From Lama glama (lineage: Eukaryota): 64,000 bases of DNA. Every line of letters starts with the position of its first letter. Position 1 is the stretch's first letter. The notes under the pieces are model-generated. The model searched no databases. It was given only the letters and a program-made list of their open reading frames with translations, and was not told the DNA's origin. Shown piece after piece: positions 49,721-60,819 of this stretch. The position numbers were made by a program, and so were the translations under genes. The DNA is taken from the NCBI GenBank assembly GCA_028534125.1, contig CM052832.1:7008001-7072000 (forward strand), given 5' to 3'.

Positions 49721-49812
49721 TTTTTTTTAAATTTAATAGAGGGAATGGGGATTGAACCTAGAACCTCATGCCTGCTAGGCACGTGCTCCACCACTGACCT
49801 ATGCCCTCCCCC
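49721..49812 (-). mobile_element. Vic-1-like tRNA-Ala-derived SINE (camelid)
   Basis: Reverse complement reads gggggagggcataggtcagtggtggagcacgtgcctagcaggcatgaggttctaggttcaatccccattccctctatt plus an A-tail. Degenerate TSD agaactcagttgtttt / agaccgcggttgtttt. Confidence 0.85.
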
Positions 49813-50239
49813 ACAGACCGCGGTTGTTTTGAAAGCCTGAGAACTTACGTAGGTGGTATGAATAGTGCCTTCCCGAGGGGCCCCAGCCAACAGCTTAGCT
49901 ACCTTGTCTGTATCTTGTGCTTTAGAGAGATCCATCTACATTTAAAACTACCTCTCTGCTTTCTTCTGCCAACACACAGAATCTTTTCCTGAAGTAAAAG
50001 GGTTGGAACTGAAGGTTGATTTGTATCTGGAAAAATATAAAGAAAGCAAAGGTAGGATTCAGTCCACCTCCAACTTTCAAGATTCCTACATTGTATTCCC
50101 TATCCCTAAGAGGTTTTCATTGATCAAATAGAGTTAACACGTTTATCTCCTTTGAATTTTATGCCAAATTAAGCCACAGCCTTTGGAAGGTCACCTGTGA
50201 GATATGCGTGCACACACACACACACACACATGGACTGGA

Positions 50240-50706
50240 CCGTGAATGTGCTGATTATCTGGCTTGTCCCTCCGTGTCCACCTCCAGCCTGCTCTCTGCC
50301 CCCAGAGACTGATGTGTGTAGACTTGACCGAAAGACTCCTGAGTCTTCCCCCTCCCACTGGGCCAGTGTTCTGGGTTTTAATTCTGCCTATTCCAGGTAT
50401 CCCAGGAATGAATCCCTCAGTTCCCTTCCTGCGAGGTTGCACTCAGCCTTCCCGCGAGGTTGCCCTCAGCCTTCCCCTCGGAGCTCTCCTCCTTTCTGGT
50501 TCTGATACCCTCTCCTCCCTCGTCTCTCTCTCACCCCTCCAGGCCTAGGGGTGGAAGTGGCTCTGCTGCTTCTCCACCTTGTCCCCTCACTCTCCCTTGT
50601 GGCTCCTCTTCATGCCACCTGCACTGGTGCAGTTAAGCCTGGCAAATCAACTCTCATAGAATGACCCTACTCAGAGGTCACATTTGTCCCTGTAGAGCTC
50701 TGGACA
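50240..50706 (+). mobile_element. LTR33-like ERVL solo LTR
   Basis: ctccagcctgctctctgcccccagagactgatgtgtgtagact and cccctccaggcctaggggtggaagtggctctgctgct resemble the LTR33 family. Confidence 0.65.
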
Positions 50707-50796
50707 GTGAAAAATTCAGAAAGATTTCTGCCTTCATCCTTGAAAGCTGATGACAAAGAAAGCCAATGAGCTTAGTTTCTTTAGAATCCAACAGCT

Positions 50797-52141
50797 ATAA
50801 ATGGATTAAATGTACGACCTAACACCATAGGAAAATAGAAGAAAATACAGGAAAAAAAAAAAAACTCCCTGACATGGGTCCTGGCAATGATTTTTGGGTA
50901 TGACACCTAAAGTATAAGCAATAAAATTAAAAAGAAACAAATGGGACTACATCAAACCCAAAAGCCTCTGCACAGCAAAAGAAATGATCATCAAAATGAA
51001 AAGGCAAACTATGGAGTGGGAGAAAACACTTGCAAGTCATATAGCTAACAAGGGGTTAATGTCTAAAATATATAAGAACTCATATACCTCAATAGCAGAA
51101 AACAAAAAAGTCTGATTAAAAATGGGGAGAACTGAATAGACATTTTTCCAAAGAAGACACACAAGTGGCCAACAGGTACAAGAAAAGATGCTCAACATCC
51201 CTGATCGTCAGGGAAACGCAAATCAAAGCCGTAATGAGATATCACCTCCCACCTGTTAGAGAAAGTAAATTGGCACAGCCGCTATGGAAACCGTATGGAG
51301 ATTCCTCAGCATATTAGAAATAGAGCTACCATATGATACATCAATTTTACTTCCGGGTATATGTCTGAAGGAAACAAAATTACCATGTTGAAGAAATATC
51401 TGCACACCACATTCACTGCAGCACTGTTTACAACAGCCAAGACATGGAATCAACCCATGTCCATCAACAGATGAGCGGATCAAAAAATGATATATATGTA
51501 TATATATAAATACGTGACATATATGTATATAAAATGTGTGTGTATATATACACATACACATAAAAATACACACACACACACAATGGAATGCTAATTAACC
51601 ATAAAAAAGAAAATCCTCTAATTTGTGACAACATGGACGGGCCTTCAGGGCATTAGACTAAGTGAAATAAGTCAGACAGAGAAAGGCAAACACTATATGA
51701 TCTTGTTTACATGTGGAATCTAATGTATGACATGCAATAAACAAACCCCACCAAACTCAAAGAAGAAGCGATCCGCTCTGTTGTTGCCAGAGTGGGGAGG
51801 CAGCAGATGAGGGAGCTGGATGAAGGTGGTCAAAAGGTAGAAATTTGCAGTTACAAGATAAGTTCTGGGGACGTCATGTACAACAGGATGGCCATAACTA
51901 ACACTGCTGTGTGGTGTGCTGGGACGTTGCTTAGAGAGTAGATCTTAACAGCTCTCATCACAAGGGAAAAAACTTCCTTCTTTCTTTCTTCTATCTACAG
52001 GAGATGATGGAAGTTAACTAAACTTACTGTGGCAATCATTTTGCAATACATGTAAATAAAGACATTATGTTGTACACTTTAAACTTGCACAGTGCTATAT
52101 GTTAATTATATCGCAATAAAACTGAAAGATAAATAAATAAA
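50797..52141 (+). mobile_element. L1 (L1MA-type) ORF2 3' part plus 3'UTR, decayed
   Basis: aaatgggactacatcaaacccaaaagcctctgcacagcaaaagaa (WDYIK..SLCTAKE); ctgaatagacatttttccaaagaagac; 3'UTR ending caataaaactgaaagataaataaataa. Confidence 0.95.
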
Positions 52142-52995
52142 TGCCAACAGTTGCAAAATTTTAAACATGTGCGTATTTCATATGAGATAAAAGTTTTTGT
52201 CTTCTACTAATATTGATAAATGTAGACTGGGAAAAATAAACAAAGCTAAAATTAGTGATAAAACTATGGGGAAAAGAGCAGTTCCTGAAATGAGACAAAA
52301 GCTCAGATCAAAATCTATCAATAAACTCTCAAGAATTTTTATGAATTTATGAATTCTTTATGGAATGGCATTAAGATAATCAGGGCACTATGTTAAGCCT
52401 CTTTGTAAAAAGATGTAGGTATATATAAATACACACACACACATACATATACAGACAAAAATGTGTATATGTACGCATATATACTCATAAACATACATAC
52501 ACACAAGCCTGTCCCCAAAAAAGAAACATACTGATTTATGCTATATATCTGTTTATATAACAAGTTCTACTTAGACTAATGGTGTTAAAGAGAAACAAGT
52601 AATTGGAGATTTAATTAATTAAAGGCGTGCATTCACGTCTATTGATAATTTGAATCATCTATTTTGGATAGTGGTGATTCCATAGTTTAAACCCAAATTG
52701 TACATTTATTTCTGAAAAGATACACTTAACATCTCATTAAGACAAGGACCCTTACTCATACTGAGAAGTCCATAATAGAAATATAAACAGAATTCTGAAT
52801 AATGAATATGCAACCTGATGATAAAAAGCATATGGCCCAGAGCCTCCGTTCACTTCTGCTATTCCTTTGGAAATTAATTGCTCACAGCGCATAACTCAGT
52901 GCTAAGTACCTTAACAGGTAATTGAGGAATAGGCCTGACTCCTGACTAAGTTAAGTCAAGCCAAGTTAAGTCTTTATCTGTATTTCTTTCCTGTG

Positions 52996-53075
52996 CACAC
53001 ACACAGACAAAGACACAGAAACAGACACAGACACAGACACAGACACAGACACAGACACAGACACACACACACACA
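52996..53075 (+). repeat. (GACACA)n hexamer / CA repeat
   Basis: acagacacagacacagacac... merging into (CA)n. Confidence 0.9.
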
Positions 53076-53894
53076 GCAGAGTCACTCACATCTGTAGTCA
53101 GATAAATGCCTCATTTATGTAACATTGCTGTTAGTACATCCCCCAAATAAATAAAGCTCACCCATTTGAAGTTATATGTTTTAATTGGGATCACAAAACT
53201 TTCCAAAAGAAAATACACACTACTCAAACTTCTTAAACATAAAATTCTCAGCCTAATATAAACTGCAAACGGTTGAGTCGTGATGGTTCTAATTATGAGC
53301 ATCAGTCATTTTACTGGACCCTCAGACCGTTGAGGCTCTTTCAGCAATCCTCGGGCTGTTTATTATTTTTAAACTGCGTTCTAAACAGCCAAGGCAGGGA
53401 GACCCCTCCCCCTCCATCAGCACCCTACATCTGGTGACGACATTTGTCTTCGGAATAAAACCTGAGCTTTGATCTCTGAAGACAATAGGTGTTCTGCCTG
53501 GGAAGGACCCAGGTGTGGGGTTGAGTCTGAGACCGTATTAAATCGTTTGGTGACCCTAGCCATCACTCCCAGTGGACTTTTAGGGGGAACAAAAAAAGCC
53601 AGCTCCACCCAAGAGTAAAAGGCACTGAAGGTTCACATCCTCAATCCTTTGTGTGCCTCTGTGGGTTGGCCAGCGTGCTCCGTGCAGGGCACCCCATCTG
53701 GAAGCACGCACCCTGCCCACGGAAGCAGAGTAGGCAGGCTGTCCTCCCATCTAAGGCAAACAGCCCTGTGTAAAAGCAGGGGATCCCTACAACCAAGGCT
53801 CATGCATTGTAGAAGGAAAGCTGATTGCATAAAAGGGAAGGATCCGATGAAATGTGATCAATTGTTATTCAGAGAACAGAAATGACTTTAAAAA

Positions 53895-54520
53895 AAAGTA
53901 ATTAGCATCCGCAGAGAGTTTTATGATGATGATACATTTGGAAATTGAGCACAGGCTGCTGTTGCTGCTGCTGCAAAAAAGAAGCATTCAAAGAACATGA
54001 AGGAGTTCCTGGAAATTAAAAAATAATGATTTTCAAAATATAACAGCCATCCCAATCATAGAACAAAGCAGGCTAAAAGCCCAGGGGGTTGTCTGGAATT
54101 GCTAACTGGGCAAACATTCCATGATGTAGAGCAATAGGACAAAGAGATGGAAAATGTGATAGGAGAGTGAAGAGACATGGAAGAAAAATCGACTAAAGCC
54201 AGCCAATGCCCACAAAGAGTTTTAGCAGGAGAGGACAGAGGCAGGAGGGGAAAACAAAGCCAGGACGGAGAGGTGGACGTTCCCTGTGCTCAGGAATGAG
54301 GAGAATCTCCAGATTGGAAGGAGCCCATAAAATCTCAGAAGAATGCCTCAAAAGATCCCACCTAGGGGTACGAGAGATTTCAGAATTTTGAAAAATAAAG
54401 AGAAAGGCTTAAAAGCTTCTGAGAAAAAATGTCGTTTTTATAAGGGAATCTGAAGCAGACTGACATCAGACTACCTGATGGTTACAGTAGATGCTGGAAG
54501 TCAATGAAGCGTTGCAGATA
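53895..54520 (+). mobile_element. HAL1 / L1 ORF1-like fossil
   Basis: gaagcattcaaagaacatgaaggagttcctggaaattaaaaa...ggacaaagagatggaaaat...tctccagattggaaggagccca...cagactgacatcagact...gatgctggaagtcaatg. Confidence 0.7.
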
Positions 54521-55696
54521 CACACGCTGGAGACCCAGAAAATGCACCTTTCAAAGGGAAAAGGTTCAAATTATGCTCCCTAAGAGATACTTTTATAGTC
54601 CTGTGGACCAAGTTGCCTCTACATCGTGCACTGAGAATGTGGAAGCTTGGGACAGTGCTCTTCTTACAAATTTAGCCTAAAGCCTAATCTGCACTGAAGC
54701 GGCATCTTTTATTTCTGATGAGAGTCTTTCATTTACCACATTTGGGGTTGTCAAGCTTCTACAGAACCTTAGCCCTTATCCACAGGGTATCAATGGCACC
54801 TTTTGTCAGGAACTTAGGCAGAAATGCAGTCTCCCTCCCTCGTGGCTGGACACCCTTGGCTCCGGTGTCAAATGGAACATGGCTGGAGTTGGTGGGATGA
54901 AGGGATGCAGAAGAGAGAAGTAAGAGAGGCAGGAAGATACCCGAAAACAGGAGTAAGTCCACAAGCAGGAAAACCTACAATAAGCCCCGAACATCGTCTC
55001 GGAGGGGTGCCAGGGAGGTGGTGCCTCACGGTGCCCCTGAAAGCTCAGCAAACCCAGCTGCCCTCCCTCTGAGGGACTCCCAGCTTCTCTCCCGTTTGGG
55101 CCTTCCTCGGGCATCTGCAGCGCTTTCCAAACCCCTGCCTGCAGCCACCTTTAAGAACAGCGTCTTTGGAAACAGCAGAGGCACCCACACAGGGCTGGGC
55201 CGACCACCAAGCCCCTCCTCCACCGGAGAGACAGAGTGTCACTGTCCTCAGCGCTCTGCGCACATGGCTCTGGTCCTGTAGCTCTGTCCTAGAAGGTGTC
55301 CCTGACGCCGGAGACAGTAGCAAAAATGACGACTGTCAACTCTGTGAAAGGAAAGTTTCTCTCTTTGTTTTGGAGAGTGAGACCATCATTTTGTTTTTTA
55401 TGATTTTAAGTGGGCTTATAGTTAATGATTTTCTAAAAAATAAGAAATTATTTGTATCATGAGAGAAATAGAAGAGATATAGGAAAACATATATCTCCTC
55501 CCCAATCTCTCCTTTCACATTTTGAAGCTCCGTTTTTAAATTTATTTAAATTTGTCCTAGAGACTGTATTTTGGTGTTGATTCTTGTACGTATGAATGTT
55601 CACGTTGCTTTATCTTTTTTTTCTATTAAGATTGTATAATTTTAGTTAAAGCATTGGCAGAGTCACGTCGATTTCTCCGGGAGGAAAGCATCCCCC

Positions 55697-56196
55697 NNNN
55701 NNNNNNNNNNNNNNNNNNNNNNNNNNNNNNNNNNNNNNNNNNNNNNNNNNNNNNNNNNNNNNNNNNNNNNNNNNNNNNNNNNNNNNNNNNNNNNNNNNNN
55801 NNNNNNNNNNNNNNNNNNNNNNNNNNNNNNNNNNNNNNNNNNNNNNNNNNNNNNNNNNNNNNNNNNNNNNNNNNNNNNNNNNNNNNNNNNNNNNNNNNNN
55901 NNNNNNNNNNNNNNNNNNNNNNNNNNNNNNNNNNNNNNNNNNNNNNNNNNNNNNNNNNNNNNNNNNNNNNNNNNNNNNNNNNNNNNNNNNNNNNNNNNNN
56001 NNNNNNNNNNNNNNNNNNNNNNNNNNNNNNNNNNNNNNNNNNNNNNNNNNNNNNNNNNNNNNNNNNNNNNNNNNNNNNNNNNNNNNNNNNNNNNNNNNNN
56101 NNNNNNNNNNNNNNNNNNNNNNNNNNNNNNNNNNNNNNNNNNNNNNNNNNNNNNNNNNNNNNNNNNNNNNNNNNNNNNNNNNNNNNNNNNNNNNNN
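55697..56196. other. Assembly gap (500 N)
   Basis: Exactly 500 N, flanked by C-runs on both sides. Confidence 0.99.
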
Positions 56197-56527
56197 CCCC
56201 CAATAGCGTCCCTGGGTAGCAGCAGCGTCCCCATGAGGCTGGGGGAGTGCAACCCTCATTCCAGGAACCCGGTGGGGGGCCCCAAGAAATGAAGGCTTTT
56301 TCCAAATAGCATTCCGGGGTCCTTTTTAAACCTCTGTATCTCTGCTAAATCTGCAAGGCTCCACGGAGTTGGGTTGGAGCCAAGGGGGGATTAAGTGGAA
56401 TTGTAGAAGTTTTCCGAATAAGCAGTTTCCTACTATTAGCAACTTCACACCTACAGCGGAGGCTCAGCTTTCCCCCCTCCCTTTCTTAGCCAAGAAGCAT
56501 ATACAATAATTCTGCTGTGTAAGACAA

Positions 56528-56760
56528 TGTGTGTCTGTGTGTGCGCCCACATGTGTACACAAGTGGGCCACTGTGTATGTGCACTTCTGTACACAAGAGC
56601 TGCATGGCCATAGCCTCGCTGTCCCTGCACGGCAGAGTTGGCCAAGCCCCAAAGAAAACACACATTTTGGAGGCCTGTGTAAGTGTTTTCAGCGTGTCTG
56701 CGTGTGTGCATGTGCGTTGTGTGTGTGTGTCTGTGTGTATAAACACATATAAATACACAT
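56528..56760 (+). repeat. Degenerate TG/CA-rich low-complexity tract
   Basis: tgtgtgtctgtgtgtgcgcccacatgtgtacac...gcgtgtgtgcatgtgcgttgtgtgtgtgtgt. Confidence 0.7.
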
Positions 56761-58069
56761 CCTTTCCCTCCTTACTGATTCTTTTCCAAAGATTTCATCA
56801 AATCTGATAACCGTTCTTTTCCATTTCTATCCAAACCCAGGTTTTCTGTTATATCTGCTTCAAACATCACAGAAATTAACTTTTTTTAACAGCTTCCATC
56901 ATAGGACCCAGAGCTGCTGTTTCCAGCTCCCTTGCTGGCCTTGAGCTCGCTGGGTAATCTCCCACCCGAATTCCCCAGAAACACGCCATCCACCCGGATC
57001 CATGGCCAGGCATCTCCCGTCCTCCTTCTGGGTTGTGTTATAAATTTTGGCTGAGACACTGACACATGTCAGCGTGTTACTTTCAGTGACATGTTTGTCT
57101 TTTCTTTGTTAGCTTTGGTTCAAGGCCGCGAATCCATTTGGAGAAGCGGCGTTTCTGAGCCCAAGCAAAAGTCTTCTGATCTGCTTGGTGGACTCTGGGG
57201 TTTCTCTATGCCTGCCCCTTCTTTTTATCCCTCTTCCTCCCCCCTGATTTTTCTTAGAAATCCAGGGGAAAAGGATATTTGGTGATCAAAGGGAATTCAC
57301 CTGGCAGGGCCTGAATGAACACAAACCAGTGAGCCTCTGTCTTTGGTTGGATCTCACAAGACCCACCTCCACGTTTGCTCCCTCCAGGGGATTGCATCAC
57401 AGCCATCTCTCCTCTTTTCCATCTGAGCTCTGCCACTCTCTTTTATCTTTTCAGGGACAACAGCGGTCTATGCTGAGGTTATAACTCTGCTCTGTCAAGT
57501 CTATTCTCTCCTTGATCATTATTCAGATTATCTTTGATCTGTTTGAAGTCAGCCTCAAGGGTACCTGCAGCATTCTTTCCAGGAGTTTCCAGAGCTCCAA
57601 GCCATCTCCTCCTGACCAGAGGCACTGCCTCTCTGCTCACTTCCTTGTGCCCTGAGAGAGTAATTTCCCTTGGCCAGGCTGTCATGGAAAAAGGCAAGTG
57701 CCAGCAGCCTGGCTCAAAGACATGGCTTACGAAAGCTGGTCTAAAAGTGAAGATGTGTTACACGTTCCTCGGGGCCAGCTGAAGGTGGCCAGGAAGACGC
57801 CTGTTTACAGCAAAAGAAACATGATTCTGCAGCCTCTTTCTTTAAAAAAAAAAAAAAAAAAGTCTTCTCAGGCTTTGAACAAATAATGTTAATATAAAAC
57901 TTGAACACATATCTTAATGGTCAACCAAATCTAAATCAGTTTTGGCTGCCCCAGAATTCCACTCACAAAGGATAAAGGTTTACCCCCATTAGGCAGCCTA
58001 AGGAATTAGTCACAGACTCTGAAGAAAATCTGCAGCAGGAGACAGCATGTGAGAATGAAAGGGGCAATT

Positions 58070-58205
58070 AAACCAGAAGTCAGGCAACTGGGGATTCCAA
58101 CCCCAGAACCGCTTCTGTGTGACCGTGGGCAAGGTATTTAATTACGTGAGGTTTTAGTTTCCTCATCTGAAAAAGGGGAGGGGAGTGGGCTTAAACTTCC
58201 TAAAT
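58070..58205 (+). mobile_element. MIR fragment
   Basis: ctgtgtgaccgtgggcaaggtatttaattacgtgaggttttagtttcctcatctgaaaaagggga. Confidence 0.75.
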
Positions 58206-58389
58206 TTCTATGAGTTTCAAATATATTCCGAGCAAGCAAACAATATTAAAATGAGCATGTATTCTCCTAAGGCGACTACATTGAAGGAAAAATATATTTA
58301 TTTGGATATATAAGTGCTAGTGTTTGTTAAAAAAAAAAAAGGATTTTCATTGCTTTATAGTCACACCTCGTATATTCCAGCTTCTGTTA

Positions 58390-58700
58390 GAAGCCTTTTA
58401 TGACTCTGTCATTCATAAATTTGTCCAAACTCTTTTTTAATCCATTTACATTTCCTGTCTGTACCGCCTCTCAGGGTAATGAGTTCCATAGCTTTATTAC
58501 GTGTTAGGAGAAGTATTATTTCCTTGTTTGCCCTAACTTACCTCAAGCTTCCAAACTGCCAGAGTGCCCCAGTATTTCAGAACTGGGTGCACAACTGCAT
58601 CTGTCGTCTGTGCTTTATAAACTGGAGTTAAAATCATTTTAGGCTGCTTCATAAAGCAGCAGCCCCCTTGCCATCATTCCCCTGATCATTGTAGTTACTT
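58390..58700 (-). mobile_element. CR1-type (L3b/Plat_L3-like) 3' fragment
   Basis: aatttgtccaaactcttttttaatccatttac...taccgcctctcagggtaatgagttccatagctttattac is typical of an antisense ancient CR1 3' region. Confidence 0.6.
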
Positions 58701-58784
58701 ATACAATAAATGTGGGTGCCGATGGTGGAAGGAAGTCCTGGCTTCCAATGACAGAGCATCAGGAGAGCCTGGAGACCTGAATCT

Positions 58785-58960
58785 TGAGCTCTAGAATCAG
58801 ACAAATCTAGGCTCAGATTCCAGTCCTGCTACTTGCCGTGTGGTTTTTATGAGCACCGTTTCCTCGTCTGGAAAATAGAAAACACTGCTTGCAGTCAGAA
58901 GCTGGTGTAAGAGTTGACTGGTAGAATTTTTGTAATGTGCCCAACACCAATAGAGACATT
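58785..58960 (+). mobile_element. MIR SINE
   Basis: gagctctagaatcagacaaatctaggctcagattccagtcctgctactt...gtttcctcgtctggaaaatag. Confidence 0.75.
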
Positions 58961-59899
58961 GTAAAAATCTGCCCAAACCAAGCGGTTGCTTAGGTGACAG
59001 TCAATGGGTACCATGACACTAGATAGACTTTAATGGGCAAGATGTTCTAGAATCATCTCTTGTATCATAAGCAGGGCCTAAATAGTGGTTGACAAAGAAT
59101 AATCTAAGTTCAATGCATGAGATGTTGGGAAGCCTGGGCAGGGAGGGATGTTCTGGACACGAGCAAGTGGATGGAGTTTGAAGGGGGATCTTCAGCCACA
59201 GAAAGATAGGAAATGTGATCTCGACATGACTTAAAGTGGTACCAGACTGTGGACAATAAATATTTACAAGGTGGCAGAGGATATTTTAAACCGAGGAAGG
59301 CAGGGGAAGCCAATATGCTCTTTGCAGAGCAATGGCCTGAGTATCTCAGAGAATAGAAATTCAGTTTCTAGCTCTTACTAACAATTGTGTAACTTTAAGG
59401 ACTTCAAAGCTATCTCTAAGTCTTGGTTTCCTTGCACATAGAATGGAATCAGTCTAGTTCACTGACTTACAAACACTGCTCCTTAGAACCCGTGGTAAGA
59501 AAGAGAGGAGAGAGATGAGGATGAGGATGAGGATAGGATGGGAGCCCTTGTTCCTAATTCAATTTAAGTAGCTATCTTAAGGTCTTAAATTGGCTCATAA
59601 AGGAAAACTGCATGGAGCCAAAATCACTCTTTGAAAAACCTTTAAATCGCCCCAATGTGTACTGAAAAGTTCAAAGGATCCAAAACCAAGTGAAAAAAAA
59701 ACAGTCACCTCTCCCATCTCACCCCTACTCTGGGGTGTGCCATTACTGAGCCACGTGGCAGGCTGAGTCCTCCCCCCACACACACACAGTCAAATAAATG
59801 CATGAACTAAAGCTATTGCAATGAGCTTCCCTTTAAGATTTAAACTCTGGTTTGTAAAAAGGCTTCCTAAGCCATAAAGAAACATGACTGAGACCACGA

Positions 59900-60300
59900 G
59901 GTTAGGTGCTGAGGTGCCCTCCTCTCTAACAGAATGGGATTCCCGCATGAAGAGAGTAAGCCTTGGCTCCAGGATTCTTACTAGAGAGGTTTGGAGAGAA
60001 TCCATAAGAGGAAATTGGGACAATTTATTTGCACACCTAATCAGACAACCAACAGGTGTGGGAAGTGGACGGAAAATACACCAAAATATGTAAGCATTTC
60101 TGCCTGGATCCTGAGAGCCTAACAACAACACAAAGAAACACTTGGCGTCCAGCAGATCCATCACCCAACTGGGCGTCCCCGCAAGAAACTGGTTACAAGA
60201 AAGGAATGCAGAGGACTCCACAGGCTGTTCTCCGGAGACAGCCTCCCAATGTGTATTCAGGGCCAAAACCACCAATAAAATTCCAGGCACATCATCAGTA
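59900..60300 (+). mobile_element. RTE-clade LINE (L4/MamRTE-like) ORF2 fossil
   Basis: Plus-frame EWDSRMKRVSLGSRILTREVWRE resembles RTE EVENRIAKASAAFGRLT.RVW. It is followed, across frameshifts, by CGKWT (compare CETWT) and RTPQAVL (compare RIPKQLL). Confidence 0.5.
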
Positions 60301-60723
60301 TGATCGCATTTTAGAAAATATATGGATGCTTTACCTAACTCCTGAATAAAAACATGGTGCAACCCGACTAGGGTAATTTGCACTGTTCTCTGTCTCCTAT
60401 TTCAGAAAGACATAGTGAGCTGGGTGAGGCAACCCAGGAAACAGAGAAAACAAAAAGAGCAAGAGAAGCAAGAGGAAGAGAGGGAGGGAGAAAGGAAGGA
60501 CAGGCTAAAGGATTTCAAAGAGGGGGACTGAAATAATTAGAATGATAGAAGGTTCTCCATCAGGGAACGCTTGGAAGGGATGTTACCAATATCTGCAAAA
60601 TATTGACAAAGTTACGAAGGAGACAATGAGGTGGCCTTGGTCTTACCTAATGGCTCTCTTTCCTCACCCTATTCATAGGACCTCAGAGAAAGGAATATGG
60701 AGACTAACAAAAAGCACACTCTA

Positions 60724-60819
60724 GTAGGGGTGCATATAGCTCAGTGGTAGAGCACTTGCTTAGCATGCAGGAGGTCCTGGGTTCAATCCCCACTACTTCC
60801 ATTAAAAAAAAAAATCCCC
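60724..60819 (+). mobile_element. Vic-1-like tRNA-Ala-derived SINE (camelid) with 14-bp TSD
   Basis: A-box tagctcagtgg, Ala-AGC loop cttagcat, B-box gggttcaatccc, A-tail. TSD aaaagcacactcta (60710-60723) / aaaagcatactcta (60820-60833). Confidence 0.92.

Noticed and set aside
59790..60383. Longest gap-free ORF (197 aa, minus strand)
   Set aside because: It starts at GTG, has no recognisable domain, and lies antisense to a probable RTE LINE fossil.
60724..60802. tRNA-Ala(AGC)-like sequence as a tRNA gene
   Set aside because: The acceptor stem is poorly paired, and the A-tail and TSD mark it as a SINE.
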